In this document: in pieces, positions 18,838 to 29,119 of the stretch
How the letters are laid out: every line of letters begins with the position of its first letter
Position numbering within the stretch: position 1 is the stretch's first letter
NCBI GenBank assembly: GCA_965223155.1
Contig: CBDCVR010000013.1
Coordinates: 960,001-1,024,000 of the forward strand
Reading direction: 5' to 3'
Length of the DNA: 64,000 bases
Source of the DNA: Candidatus Multivoradales bacterium
GTDB taxonomy: Bacteria; Acidobacteriota; Thermoanaerobaculia; Multivoradales; JAHEKO01
Program-made: the position numbers and the translations under genes
The notes under the pieces: model-generated
What the model was told of the DNA's origin: nothing
What the model saw: only the letters and a program-made list of their open reading frames with translations
The model's database searches: none

Positions 18838-20445
18838 CTACTCCGAAGCGGCGACCCGGAACGGATCGGCGGCAAGCTCCCGGCCGATCTTGGTGTTTCG
18901 CCTGAGGATCCGGGCCAGCGTCTGACGCTCGACCCAGGCCACCCGGTCGGCGGAAAGCGCCCGCTGGTACCAGAAGCGATCTCCATCACGCAGGCGTTCG
19001 AACTGATCCCGCACGACGTGAAATGCCGTCTCACCCAGAAGCGCTCCCGGCACCGGGTCCTCGGCCAGCATCCCGACCCACAGATCCACCGCCTCGACGT
19101 CCTCGTAGGCCTCCGCCAGGCGTCGCCGGCGCTCGGCGTCGCGGCTTACGTCGGCGAAGTCTCGTGCCGCCGCCAATCCCAGGTGGCGCCGTGCCTCGTT
19201 GTAGGCGGGTAGGCCGTGATCCCGGCCGCGCTGGATGTTGAAAGCGGCGAGATCCAGGCCGGCTTGGCCGGGTGCGGCGAAGAGGAAGTTCCGAACGCCG
19301 TTGACGACCTGCGGATCGATCCGCTCGGCCCGGCGCGCCGCCAGTCCTCGTAGCAAGCTCTCGAGTCCCGAAGCCACCAGCACCTGAGGCGCGAAGAAGG
19401 CATCGCGGAGCTCGATCTCACCGCCGGCCGAGGCACTGCCGTCGGCCTCGATCCGCGCCAGCCGGGCCGGCAGCATGCTGTGGCCGAAGCGGTAGCAGGC
19501 GGTCGAGAAGACGTTGGCGATACCGGGCTCGACGGTGCGGTCGTAGCCGCCGTACTGCGCCAGGGCATCCGGCCCCAGGAGAGCCGGCAGGAACTCGCGG
19601 TAGGTGATCGCCTGGATCTGGGCCGCGACCAGCGCCCTCGCCATCTGATAGCGCTCCTCCGCGTCCAGACCGCCCGCCCGCCGAAGCCTCCGCACGATGC
19701 GATTGTGCTCACGCATGAAGACCGTGTGGAGGGCTGTCAGGATCACGTTCTCATTGGCCCGGACGTCACCGGCGAGAAACAGCTCCGGACTCCGGTCGGG
19801 TGCGTTGGCGAGGCCTTGGCGGTTGCGCGGCAAGAACGGCCCGGCCGGGCTCCGGCTGGTGCGCAAGAGGTCCCCGCGTCCGCCGCCCCGGCGCAGAGCA
19901 CGGGCCCGCTCCTCGTCCGAACCGTAGACGTGGGAGGCGTCGATCCAAGCGGTGATCTGGTTGACCTGCTGGCGGACTCCACGAACTCGGCGATGCACCG
20001 AGCGAACGAACGGTAACCTGACGTCGCCGGCGCCTTCCGGGTCGAAGACCGGGTCGCCCGCCGGCACCGGGATCGGGAACGACTCTCCGGGGTCGGCGGC
20101 TCCGGTCAACGAGATGTCGTGATCCAGGAACTGCCCCCAGGCCCACAGGAAGTGGCTGGCCTGATTCCGGTTGGGCCGAGGCCGACGCTGGTCCGAGCAC
20201 AAGTTGCTGACCGTTCGCGCCCCCGGCCGGTCCGCTCCCGCGGGGGCGGCGACACCATCCGGGTAGCTCGGAGGCAGGAGCCGCACGAGCACGGAGCCCG
20301 CGCTACCCCGCTTCGGATGGGCCAGATTGTTGCCTGTTCCGTCGAACGAGCGGATCTCTTGGGCGGCCGCTGGGATGGCAACGGCAACCCCGGAGACCAA
20401 GAGGGCCGATACGGGACGAATCGCGCGTCGCCAGCTCACCGGCAA
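18838..20445 (-). CDS. Secreted animal-type heme peroxidase (peroxidase-cyclooxygenase superfamily)
   Basis: Signal peptide; RSFDGTGNN, WGQFLDHD, NQITAWIDAS, GDVRANE, YRFGHS and NIQRGRDHGL; start approximate. Confidence 0.93.
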   Translation of the reverse strand: MPVSWRRAIRPVSALLVSGVAVAIPAAAQEIRSFDGTGNNLAHPKRGSAGSVLVRLLPPSYPDGVAAPAGADRPGARTVSNLCSDQRRPRPNRNQASHFLWAWGQFLDHDISLTGAADPGESFPIPVPAGDPVFDPEGAGDVRLPFVRSVHRRVRGVRQQVNQITAWIDASHVYGSDEERARALRRGGGRGDLLRTSRSPAGPFLPRNRQGLANAPDRSPELFLAGDVRANENVILTALHTVFMREHNRIVRRLRRAGGLDAEERYQMARALVAAQIQAITYREFLPALLGPDALAQYGGYDRTVEPGIANVFSTACYRFGHSMLPARLARIEADGSASAGGEIELRDAFFAPQVLVASGLESLLRGLAARRAERIDPQVVNGVRNFLFAAPGQAGLDLAAFNIQRGRDHGLPAYNEARRHLGLAAARDFADVSRDAERRRRLAEAYEDVEAVDLWVGMLAEDPVPGALLGETAFHVVRDQFERLRDGDRFWYQRALSADRVAWVERQTLARILRRNTKIGRELAADPFRVAASE

Positions 20446-20660
20446 AGCCTATCGCCACCGACACGCTTCCGGTACCGCCCGGGACCCTTGGCAACCACCT
20501 CGCCGGCGCCTGGGCGAGGCCGTGTCCAGCGGGACGGACCGCGGCACTTGCCCGAACAGCAATCGCTGTTCGAGGTGCAGGAGTCGCCCTTCTGGCCCAG
20601 GTCGCAACCGCCTCCGGAGTCGCAGCCATAGAGCTCGCAGATGCCTGCGTCGTCGTCGGC

Positions 20661-22196
20661 CTAGTGGCCACCCGACTCCGCCAGCTCGAGCTTGCCGTCG
20701 GCGTTAGGCTCGAGTCGGTAGACGTCCCACTTCTTCAGGCTACTGCCGCTCGAGCGGTCGCGCTCGAGTTTTTGGGCCATGAGCACCTTGTGGCCGTCGG
20801 TGCGCAGGTTGATGGCCCCGAAGACGGTGACGTTGCGCTCGAGGATCTTCTCGGTGACCTCCTTGAGTTTGGCGCGGATCACGTCCTTCTTGTCCGGGTC
20901 GGTCTCTTCGGCGAGATCGTCCTGGAGCTTGACCAGCTTCTGCTGCAGCTCGATCGGCTCGGCCTCGCGGGCCGAGCGGGCCAGCTCGGTCGAGAAGATG
21001 AGGGGCCGGTCCCCGCGCCCGAAACGGCCGATGGCGCCGAGCGTGTCCGAGCGCGGGTGGGCGTGCGATTCCTGGTCGCCGGACGAGACCACGGTCGCCG
21101 CCGGGTCGGTGGCTTCCAGGAACACGTTCATGAAGTCGGCGCTGCCATGGTGGCAGCTCTTGGCGACGTCACAGGAGAAGATCTCCCGCGCCAGAGCCAC
21201 GAAGGCGCGGTGCTCGTCGGGCTCGGCGTCCGGACCCGGCACCTCGCGTCCCAGATGCTGTTCCAGCAGGAAGCGCTCGGCGGCCCAGTTGAGATCGCCC
21301 GAAAGCAAGAGCGAGACGTTCCGGTAGCGCAGCTTGAGCAGGACCGAGTGGCCGTTCTTGGTCTGGCCCTTGTCGAAGCCGCCTTTGCCGAACCGCTTGA
21401 ACCAGCGCAACAGCGAGCGCTGGCCGTCGTCGGTCTCGACCACCGGGCCCAGGACCTCGATCGACAACTCCTGATCGGCCCCGTAGCCCGGCAGGAAGCC
21501 CTCCTCGCTGTGCGCCGTCGAGAGCATCGTGATCGCGTCCACCCGGCCGCTGGTGTCGGCCGTCGACAGGAGCTTGGGATAGCGCTTGTCGTGCTGGGGC
21601 TTGCTGCCCCTCCAGCGATGTCCCTGCTGGAGAAAGGCCTTGAGCCGCGAGCGGGTCTCCATGAGCTCGGTGAGGTAGCGGATCCCGTCGACGGTCTCGA
21701 TCTCCCCCAAGACCTTCTTGTGATCGTTCGAGCGGGCCTCGATGATGCCGTTGTGGTAGACGGTACCGAACGAGACATTGGGTTCCTCGAAGAGCTTCTG
21801 GAAGCCCCGGTAGTGGTCCTGATCGGGATGGCTGATGACCGCCGACTCGAACTTCCACTTCTTCTTGAAACCACCGTAGCGCCAGCGCAGGAAGCGAAAC
21901 ATGTTGTCGCGCTCGCCGGCGTCGACCACCATGTGCTTGTCCTTGGGCGTCACCACCAGGCACCCGTCCCCCTGGCCAACGTCAACGAAGACGACCTCCA
22001 GTAAGCGTTCCTCGGTCAGATCCTCGGCGCGCATGAAGCCGTCCACCCCGCGCACCCGAACCGGGAACCAGCCCTGGGACTTGGCGCCCTTGAGCCGGAC
22101 CCAATCGCCCCAGAGCAGCTCGTGGATGTTCCTCTTGTCGCCAGGCTGGGCGAAGACCTTGGCGGTTGGATAGGTAGCGTACAGAAATTCGGCCAT
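20661..22196 (-). CDS. ComEC/Rec2-like metallo-beta-lactamase-fold hydrolase with N-terminal SH3-like domain
   Basis: ELLWGDWV..GWFPVRVRGVDGFM (SH3-like); DVGQGD, SHPDQDH, SGDL, CHHGS and HAHP motifs; GGGAGG RBS. Confidence 0.82.
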   Translation of the reverse strand: MAEFLYATYPTAKVFAQPGDKRNIHELLWGDWVRLKGAKSQGWFPVRVRGVDGFMRAEDLTEERLLEVVFVDVGQGDGCLVVTPKDKHMVVDAGERDNMFRFLRWRYGGFKKKWKFESAVISHPDQDHYRGFQKLFEEPNVSFGTVYHNGIIEARSNDHKKVLGEIETVDGIRYLTELMETRSRLKAFLQQGHRWRGSKPQHDKRYPKLLSTADTSGRVDAITMLSTAHSEEGFLPGYGADQELSIEVLGPVVETDDGQRSLLRWFKRFGKGGFDKGQTKNGHSVLLKLRYRNVSLLLSGDLNWAAERFLLEQHLGREVPGPDAEPDEHRAFVALAREIFSCDVAKSCHHGSADFMNVFLEATDPAATVVSSGDQESHAHPRSDTLGAIGRFGRGDRPLIFSTELARSAREAEPIELQQKLVKLQDDLAEETDPDKKDVIRAKLKEVTEKILERNVTVFGAINLRTDGHKVLMAQKLERDRSSGSSLKKWDVYRLEPNADGKLELAESGGH

Positions 22197-22385
22197 TAGG
22201 CACCTCCCGAGAGAAAGCCTCCGGACCTTTCCGGCCCGAAAACCGGGCCCCGGCTTCCAGCGGCGAAGCCGCGACCGAACGGAACTACAACGACTTGTGG
22301 TGGGCCGAGTATACACAAGGCATCGAGTATCCTTGGCCGGATTTCACAGCCGGCCGGCTGCGGACGACGGCAGAAGGGACGACCC

Positions 22386-23804
22386 ATGAGCGAAACCACC
22401 AAGAAGCGGCGCTGGGCGATCGACTCGCTGGTCCTGATCTTCTCGATCGTGATCCTGGCTCAGGTCGTGACCTACCTGGTGCCCCAGGGCCGCTTCGAGC
22501 GCCAGCCCTACCCGAAGAACCCTTCCCGCGAGATGGTCGTCTCCGGCAGCTACGCGCCCGTGGCCGAGGCAAACGAAGTGACCTTGTCGCCCTGGCACTT
22601 CTTGACCGCAGTGCCGAAGGGGCTCGAAGCAGCGCAGGAGATCGTGTTCCTGATCTTCTTGGTCGGCGGGGTCATCGCGATCCTGCGCGCCACCGGGGCG
22701 ATCGACGCCTTTCTGCACACCGCGGTCGCGCGGCTGGGCAAGAGTCCGTGGATCCTGATCGGAGGCTGCTTGCTGCTCTTCGGATTCGGCTCCTGGACGA
22801 TCGGCATGGGCGAAGAATACGTACCGCTCATTCCCATCATCGTGACTATGTGCCTGGCCATGAAGATGGACGCCATCGTTGCCATGGGCATGATCTGGGT
22901 GCCCTACGGCATCGGCTGGGCCTCTGCCGGCACCAATCCCTTCGGCGTCCTGATCGCCCAGGACATCGCCGGGCTGCCGCCGACCTCGGGCTGGGCGTTC
23001 CGCCTCGGCTTGCTCGTGATCTTCTCGATCGTCGGCTTCGACCACGTCTATCGCTACGCTCGCAAGATCCGGCGGGATCCGGCGGCGAGCCTGGTCGCCG
23101 ATGTCGACTACAGCGCCGGCTTCGAAGCGCCCGACGACGTCCGGCTGACGCCCCGCCGCATCGCGATCCTGGCCGTCTTCGCGCTCGGCATCGTCGGCTT
23201 CGTCTACGGCGCCGCCAAGGCCGGCTGGTACATCGGCGAGCTGCTCACGATCTTTCTTGCGATCGGTCTCATCGGCGCCATCCTGGGTGGGCTGTCGCCC
23301 GTCCGCACCAGCCGCGCCTTCATCCACGGGGCTTCGGAGATGACCGCCGCGGCCATCATCATCGGCTTCGCGCGCGCCATCGAAGTGGTGCTCAACGACG
23401 GCCAGGTCATCGACACCGTCATCTACTCGATCGCCTCGGTCCTGGAAGGCACCGGGCCCGCGGTTGCCGCGATCGGCATGCTGGCGGTGCAAACCGTCTG
23501 CAACTTCTTCATCCCATCGGGTTCGGGCCAGGCCTTCGTGACCATGCCGATCATGTCTCCGCTTGCCACCCTCACCGGAGTTCCCCAGCAGGTCGCGGTC
23601 CTCGCCTACCAGTTCGGGGACGGCTTCACCAACATGGTGGTGCCGACCAGCGCTCTGGTGATGGGCACGTTGGCACTCGGCAAGATCCCCTACGGCCGCT
23701 GGCTACGATTCATGATGCCGTTGCTGGTCAAGCTCTTCGCGGTCGCCATCGCCGTCCTCCTGGGGGCGCTGTACTTCGGATCGGCGCTGGGGTTGCCGTC
23801 CTGA
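22386..23804 (+). CDS. YfcC/DcuC family membrane transporter
   Basis: Multiple TM helices; TNPFGVLIAQ, FFIPSGSGQAFVTMPIM and AYQFGDGFTN motifs. Confidence 0.9.
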   Translation: MSETTKKRRWAIDSLVLIFSIVILAQVVTYLVPQGRFERQPYPKNPSREMVVSGSYAPVAEANEVTLSPWHFLTAVPKGLEAAQEIVFLIFLVGGVIAILRATGAIDAFLHTAVARLGKSPWILIGGCLLLFGFGSWTIGMGEEYVPLIPIIVTMCLAMKMDAIVAMGMIWVPYGIGWASAGTNPFGVLIAQDIAGLPPTSGWAFRLGLLVIFSIVGFDHVYRYARKIRRDPAASLVADVDYSAGFEAPDDVRLTPRRIAILAVFALGIVGFVYGAAKAGWYIGELLTIFLAIGLIGAILGGLSPVRTSRAFIHGASEMTAAAIIIGFARAIEVVLNDGQVIDTVIYSIASVLEGTGPAVAAIGMLAVQTVCNFFIPSGSGQAFVTMPIMSPLATLTGVPQQVAVLAYQFGDGFTNMVVPTSALVMGTLALGKIPYGRWLRFMMPLLVKLFAVAIAVLLGALYFGSALGLPS

Positions 23805-23855
23805 GCCGAGCTCTAGGGCCACCGAGACCGAAGAAGCTGCCGAGGAGACCCACTA

Positions 23856-24269
23856 GTGCCCGCTGACGCGCAGAACGGCGATCTTTCGTCAGAAGCCGTG
23901 ACCCGGGGCGTCCGGGTGACGGTCGAGCCGCGTTTCGACCCCGGACGGTCCAGCCCGGCTCAGGGCCGCTGGTTCTTCCTGTACAGGGTCACCATTGCCA
24001 ATGAAGGCGCCGAAGTGGTCCAGCTTCTCACCCGGCACTGGGTCATCACCGATGGCAATGGCCAGATCGAGGAGGTACGCGGTCCCGGAGTGGTCGGCGA
24101 AACGCCCATTCTGGCGCCAGGAGAGGCCTTCGAGTACACCTCTGGATGCCCGCTGCCGACCGACGTCGGCAAAATGGAGGGGAGCTACCAGATGGTGACC
24201 TCCGAGGGCGAGGCCTTTGACGTCGAGATCGCTCCGTTCACGCTCTGCGCGCCGGGCGTCGTTCACTGA
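23856..24269 (+). CDS. apaG: ApaG protein
   Basis: QLLTRHWVITD, VRGPGVVGETP, FEYTSGCPL and GKMEGSYQM. Confidence 0.95.
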   Translation: MPADAQNGDLSSEAVTRGVRVTVEPRFDPGRSSPAQGRWFFLYRVTIANEGAEVVQLLTRHWVITDGNGQIEEVRGPGVVGETPILAPGEAFEYTSGCPLPTDVGKMEGSYQMVTSEGEAFDVEIAPFTLCAPGVVH

Positions 24270-24311
24270 ACCGAGACCGGACGATCGCTTCACGCCAGAA
24301 ACCCCAAGACC

Positions 24312-24974
24312 GTGTCCGACAACGTTCAGATAGTCCAACTCGAGCCGGCCCGGCGGAACGCCGCGGTCGAGGTCCTGGTCGACGCCTTCGCCGCGTACCC
24401 GGTCATGCGCTTCTTGTTGGGGTACGACGGCGGCGCCGATGCCAGCGTCCGGCGCGACCTCTCCCGGCTGATCGGCTTTTTCACCGACGCCCGCTTCGTT
24501 CGCGGCGACCTCGTGCTGGCAGCCGCCGTCGGCGACCGGATCGAGGCCGTCGCCAATGTCAATCGTCCCGGCTCGCAGCCACCGACCCACCTCGCGGAAC
24601 CCTCGGAGGACCCTCTCCACGATCTGCGCGAGACGGTCTGGGCCCGGCTCGGAGCCGAGGCGCGCCAGCGCTACGACGCCTACGGCGAGGTCACCGACGC
24701 CTTCGAGTATCCCGAGCCGCACTACCACCTGGGCATGCTGGGCGCCCGCCGAGCGGCCAAGGGCCGGGGGCATGGCCGCCTTCTTCTGGAAGCCGTCCAT
24801 GAGCTTGCCGCTAACGATCCCACGGCCGAAGGCGTCAGCCTGACTACCGAAGACCCCCGTAACGTGGATCTCTACCGCCACTTCGGCTACGAGATCGTCG
24901 GGCATGGCTCGCTCTCGCATGGCCAACGTAGCCTCGAGTCGTGGGGGATGTTCCGCGCCTGCGAGCCGTCCTGA
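24312..24974 (+). CDS. GNAT family N-acetyltransferase
   Basis: HYHLGMLG..KGRGHGRLL and NVDLYRHFGY. Confidence 0.88.
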   Translation: MSDNVQIVQLEPARRNAAVEVLVDAFAAYPVMRFLLGYDGGADASVRRDLSRLIGFFTDARFVRGDLVLAAAVGDRIEAVANVNRPGSQPPTHLAEPSEDPLHDLRETVWARLGAEARQRYDAYGEVTDAFEYPEPHYHLGMLGARRAAKGRGHGRLLLEAVHELAANDPTAEGVSLTTEDPRNVDLYRHFGYEIVGHGSLSHGQRSLESWGMFRACEPS

Positions 24975-25054
24975 GGCAGCCACCCGACGACACGGGGCGC
25001 GATCCCCTGGAGATTGCTAAGGTTCACTGTCGAACCAGCCGGAGGAACCAATTC

Positions 25055-27157
25055 ATGCGCCGATCTTCGATTCCGACCCACCTCGCCGTCCTCGCTCTCG
25101 CCAGCGCTCTCAGCCTCGCCATGGCCGCGACCGCCGCCGCCGAGGAAGGCATGTGGACCCTCGACAACTTCCCGCACGAGGCCGTGGCCGAGACGTACGG
25201 AGTCGAGATTGACGAAGACTGGCTGACGACCGTGCGACGGGCCACCACGAGGATGGGTGGCTGCACCGGTTCCTTCGTGTCCCGCAAGGGATTGATCCTG
25301 ACCAACCACCACTGCGCACTGCGCTGCATCAGCCGGCTCTCGACCGCCGAGCAGGACTACGAAGAAGACGGCTTTCTGGCGCGCACGCCGTCCGGCGAGA
25401 CCGCCTGCCCGGGCGATCACATGTCCGTCCTCGTGGACAGCAAGGACATCACTCCGCGGGTCACCGAAGCGATCGCCGGCCTCGACGAACGCGCCGCGGC
25501 CGAAGCACGCAAGAAGCTCCTGACCCGAATCGAAGGCGAGTGCGAAGCGGCGTCTGCCACCCACCCCACGGGCAAGCTCACTTGTGAGACGGTGCCGCTC
25601 TACAACGGCGGACAGTACTTTCTCCACAAGTACAAGCGCTACGACGACGTGCGGCTGGTCTTCGCACCCGAAAGCCCGATCGCGGCCTTCGGCGGCGATC
25701 CCGACAATTTCAACTTCCCCCGCTGGTGCCTCGATATGGCGCTCATGCGCGTGTACGAGGACGGCAAGCCGGCCTCGACGCCTCACTATCTGAAATGGCG
25801 CGAGGAAGGCGCGGCCGAAGGCGAGGCCGTCTTCGTCTCCGGCCACCCGGGCTCGACCGAGCGCCAACTCACCGTGGCCGACCTCAAGTTCCTTCGCGAC
25901 GTCCAGTTCCCGCTCTGGCTGCTGCGCTACTCCGAGCTCCGGGGACGGCTCATCCAGTACGGCGCCACCGGCGACGAGGCCTACCGCCGGATCCAATCGC
26001 CACTCCAAGGCATCGAGAACGCGATCAAGGTCCGGCGCAACGAGCTCAAGGCGCTGATGTCGGACGAGATCTTCGCCCGTAAACAGGCGCAGGAGGACAC
26101 CCTGCGCCAGGCGGTCGCGGCCGACCCCGTGCTCGAATCCGCCTACGGCTCGGCCTGGGACGACATCCAGACCGCTCTCGAGGCCTACCGCCCGATCTAC
26201 CGGGAGCACCTGTTCCTCGAGAACCGGGCCGCCTTCAACGGCGCGCTGTTCGACATCGCGCGGGATCTGGTGCGGGCCGCCTACGAGAGCGACAAGGACT
26301 CGGAGGATCGCCTGCGCGAGTATCGGGACACCGCCCTACCCCGGCTCGAGCGCGCCCTTCTGGCGGAACGGCCGATCTACGAGGACCTCGAGGCCCTACG
26401 GCTCGAGTTCTCCCTGGACAAGATGCGCGAATGGCTGGGCCCGGACAGCCCGCACGTCAAGAGCATCCTGGGGGCGAAGTCTCCCCGCACCCGGGCGCGC
26501 GAGCTGGTCGAAGGCACCACTCTGACCGACGCCGAGGCCAGAAAGAGCCTGTGGGAGGGAGGGCGCGCGGCCGTCGAGGCCTCGGACGATCCCATGATCC
26601 AACTGGCCCGAGCGGTCGACGCCGAGGCTCGCGCCCTGCGCAAGCGCTTCGAGGATGAGGTCGAAGCGGTCAAAGAGGCCGCGTACGAGAAGATCGCGGC
26701 GGCGCGCTTCGCCATCCACGGCACCTCTCTATATCCCGACGCCACCTTCACCTTGCGGGTGACCTACGGCTCGGTCAAGGGTTGGGAGGAAGAGGGCCGC
26801 ACCATCGCTCCGTTCACCCGCACCCGGCGCGTCTACGAGCGAACGACCGGCGAGGATCCCTTCCGGCTGCCCGAGCGCTGGCTTGCGGCCCGCGAGCGCC
26901 TCGATCCGGAAACACCGTTCAACACGGTCGCGACCACCGACATCACGGGTGGCAACTCGGGCAGTCCGCTGGTGGACGCCGACGGTCATCTCGTGGGCCT
27001 GGCCTTCGACGGCAACATCCACTCGATCGCCGGCGCCTACTGGTTCGACGAATCCGTCAACCGCACCGTCGCCGTCCATCCGGCGATCATGCTCGAGGCC
27101 TTACGCGAGGTGTACGGGTTCGACCGGATCTTGAGCGAGCTAGAGACCGTCGACTGA
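25055..27157 (+). CDS. S46 family dipeptidyl peptidase (DPP7/DPP11/DAP BII-like), secreted
   Basis: Signal peptide then EEGMW; GCTGSFVS, TNHHC, FGGDPDNF, YPDATFTLR, DITGGNSGSP and GLAFDGN. Confidence 0.95.
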   Translation: MRRSSIPTHLAVLALASALSLAMAATAAAEEGMWTLDNFPHEAVAETYGVEIDEDWLTTVRRATTRMGGCTGSFVSRKGLILTNHHCALRCISRLSTAEQDYEEDGFLARTPSGETACPGDHMSVLVDSKDITPRVTEAIAGLDERAAAEARKKLLTRIEGECEAASATHPTGKLTCETVPLYNGGQYFLHKYKRYDDVRLVFAPESPIAAFGGDPDNFNFPRWCLDMALMRVYEDGKPASTPHYLKWREEGAAEGEAVFVSGHPGSTERQLTVADLKFLRDVQFPLWLLRYSELRGRLIQYGATGDEAYRRIQSPLQGIENAIKVRRNELKALMSDEIFARKQAQEDTLRQAVAADPVLESAYGSAWDDIQTALEAYRPIYREHLFLENRAAFNGALFDIARDLVRAAYESDKDSEDRLREYRDTALPRLERALLAERPIYEDLEALRLEFSLDKMREWLGPDSPHVKSILGAKSPRTRARELVEGTTLTDAEARKSLWEGGRAAVEASDDPMIQLARAVDAEARALRKRFEDEVEAVKEAAYEKIAAARFAIHGTSLYPDATFTLRVTYGSVKGWEEEGRTIAPFTRTRRVYERTTGEDPFRLPERWLAARERLDPETPFNTVATTDITGGNSGSPLVDADGHLVGLAFDGNIHSIAGAYWFDESVNRTVAVHPAIMLEALREVYGFDRILSELETVD

Positions 27158-27216
27158 CCCCCGGCGGAGAGGAATTACCCCGCGAAGCGCACCGCGGCCG
27201 CGGATGCCGGCGCGCC

Positions 27217-27232
27217 GGGCACGGGCCTTGCT
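27217..27232 (+). promoter_or_regulatory. Candidate sigma-54 (-24/-12) promoter for the OmpA-family lipoprotein
   Basis: GGGCACGGGCCTTGCT versus consensus TGGCACGNNNNTTGCW with exact spacing; intergenic and correctly oriented. Confidence 0.45.
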
Positions 27233-27351
27233 CTTTCTTACGTAGGGGAGATCGAGCCCTCCGGGGTTCGATGTTTCCGGGCAACACCCAGCCCGACAGG
27301 GTTCGGGGAGGCACACTGGTACGGAAAAATTTTCCCAAGGGAGGGTAGGAA

Positions 27352-28041
27352 TTGACTATCTCGCTCGCCTCGAAGACACGCTGGAGCAAGACCACGTTTG
27401 CCTGCATCGTCCTGGCCTCGCTCGCCTGGACCACGACCGGTTGCGCCTGGTTTCGCAACCTCGGTGACTACGAGACCAATCGCGACAAGACCAAGAAGGG
27501 CGCGGCGGCCGGGGCCGCAGCGGGTGCCGCAGCCGCCATCCTCAAAGGCGAGCGAGAGGCCGACGAGATTCTGGCCGGAGCCGCGGTCGGCGCGGTGGTC
27601 GGGGCCGGCGTCGGCGCCTACCTCGACAGCCAGGAGGAGCGCTTCGCCCGCATTCCGGGCACCACGGTGGAGCGCGTCGCCGACAACCTGCTCCTTGTCC
27701 GTTTCGACTCCACCGTCGTCTTCGAGGTGGATTCGGCCGTGGTCGGCAGCGAAGGCCGATCAATGCTGAATGAGGTCGCCGTCGTTCTCAACGACTTTCC
27801 CAAAACCGCCGTGGTGGTCCAGGGGCACACCGACTCGACCGGCGGCGAGGAGCACAACCAGGACTTGTCCGAACGCCGGGCGGCATCGGTCGGCAACCAC
27901 CTCACCGGCCGGGGCGTGGACCCGGGCCGGATGATCACCCTCGGCTACGGCGAAGGCTACCCGGTCGCCTCGAACGCGACGGCCTCCGGCCGCCAGCGCA
28001 ACCGCCGCGTAGAGATCCTGCTCAAGGCCAAGGCAGTCTAG
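27352..28041 (+). CDS. OmpA-family lipoprotein with glycine zipper (YiaD-like)
   Basis: Lipobox TTGC; GAAAGAAAGA; GHTDSTG, NQDLSERRA, GYGE and NRRVEI. Confidence 0.93.
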   Translation: MTISLASKTRWSKTTFACIVLASLAWTTTGCAWFRNLGDYETNRDKTKKGAAAGAAAGAAAAILKGEREADEILAGAAVGAVVGAGVGAYLDSQEERFARIPGTTVERVADNLLLVRFDSTVVFEVDSAVVGSEGRSMLNEVAVVLNDFPKTAVVVQGHTDSTGGEEHNQDLSERRAASVGNHLTGRGVDPGRMITLGYGEGYPVASNATASGRQRNRRVEILLKAKAV

Positions 28042-28066
28042 CGGTTCCCGGGGCCTCCCAGCCGGC

Positions 28067-29119
28067 TCAGCTCTCGTCGACGGCAACGGCCTGTCCTGGC
28101 CGAAGCCGTTCCCCGCCCCGGACCACGATCCGGTCGCCGGGATTGACCTCACTCGAAACCTCGATGAGATCGCCGTTGCCGACCCCGGTTTCGACCGCAA
28201 CGCGCTCGACGGTGTCCCCGTCGAGTACCCGAAAGACGTAGATGGCGTCGCTCCGCAAGACTAACGCGTCTCGGGGCACCGCCACGACGTCGCGCGGCGC
28301 GCTCGACGGCAAGGCCACCTTGACCGCCCCTCCGACCAGCCAGTCTCGGCCGTCCACGGCAACGCGAAGCTCGAACATCCGGGAGCGCTCGTCCCCGACG
28401 CGGACGATCCGGGACACCCTGCCCGTGCCCCTGCGGCCGTCCCCTTCGACCACCACCTCGAGCCCTTCGACCAGAAAGGGCTCGACGGAGAGTGGTGCCC
28501 GGGCCGAGACCTCGAGGTCCTCGACATTGACCAGGCGGACGACGTCCAGGCCCACCGAGGCGTAGGAGCCTGCCTGCTGATACCGTTCAACCACGCGGCC
28601 GGCAAACGGAGCCCGGACCGTCAGACGCGAGATTCGAAACTGGGTCTGCTCGCGCGCCAGGTGCGCCGCCGCAAGGTTCTGCGAGGCGGTCTCGCGTTGC
28701 GCCTCCGCCTGCTCCAGAGCGTTGGCCGCCACGATCTGCTCGGCCGCCAGGCGCCGACTGCGCGCAAGCTGCTGGTCGGCCAGGGTCAGAGCGGCTTCCA
28801 AACGCTTGATCTGAGCCTCGTCGTTCTTGAGCTGAATCGCCAGAGACGACCGGTCGATCCGCGCCACCGGAGCGCCCCGTCTCACGATGTCGCCGACTTC
28901 GGCGACCCAGGTCAACTGCCCGGCGCCCTCGGCGGCGATGCGGGCGTCGGCACGGCTGACGACGGTGCCCGGTGCCCAGGTCTGGGCGGTCATTCGGGTC
29001 GCGATCGCCTCGGCTACCCGTACCGGGGCCGGCGGCGGGCCGCTCTGGGCGGACAGGGAAATGGCTCCCAGGAGTACGAGTGTCGACACGGAGCCGACGC
29101 GTCGGAACGAATCGTTCAT
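28067..29119 (-). CDS. RND efflux periplasmic adaptor (MFP) subunit
   Basis: EVGDIVRRG, coiled hairpin, VRAPFAGRV, VPRDAL and LRPGQAV; overlaps the permease stop (ATGA). Confidence 0.92.
   Translation of the reverse strand: MNDSFRRVGSVSTLVLLGAISLSAQSGPPPAPVRVAEAIATRMTAQTWAPGTVVSRADARIAAEGAGQLTWVAEVGDIVRRGAPVARIDRSSLAIQLKNDEAQIKRLEAALTLADQQLARSRRLAAEQIVAANALEQAEAQRETASQNLAAAHLAREQTQFRISRLTVRAPFAGRVVERYQQAGSYASVGLDVVRLVNVEDLEVSARAPLSVEPFLVEGLEVVVEGDGRRGTGRVSRIVRVGDERSRMFELRVAVDGRDWLVGGAVKVALPSSAPRDVVAVPRDALVLRSDAIYVFRVLDGDTVERVAVETGVGNGDLIEVSSEVNPGDRIVVRGGERLRPGQAVAVDES

Noticed and set aside
20553-20572. Perfect 8-bp hairpin CGAACAGC-AATC-GCTGTTCG upstream of the peroxidase
   Set aside because: No U-tract, no riboswitch consensus and no second copy seen, so no function can be supported.
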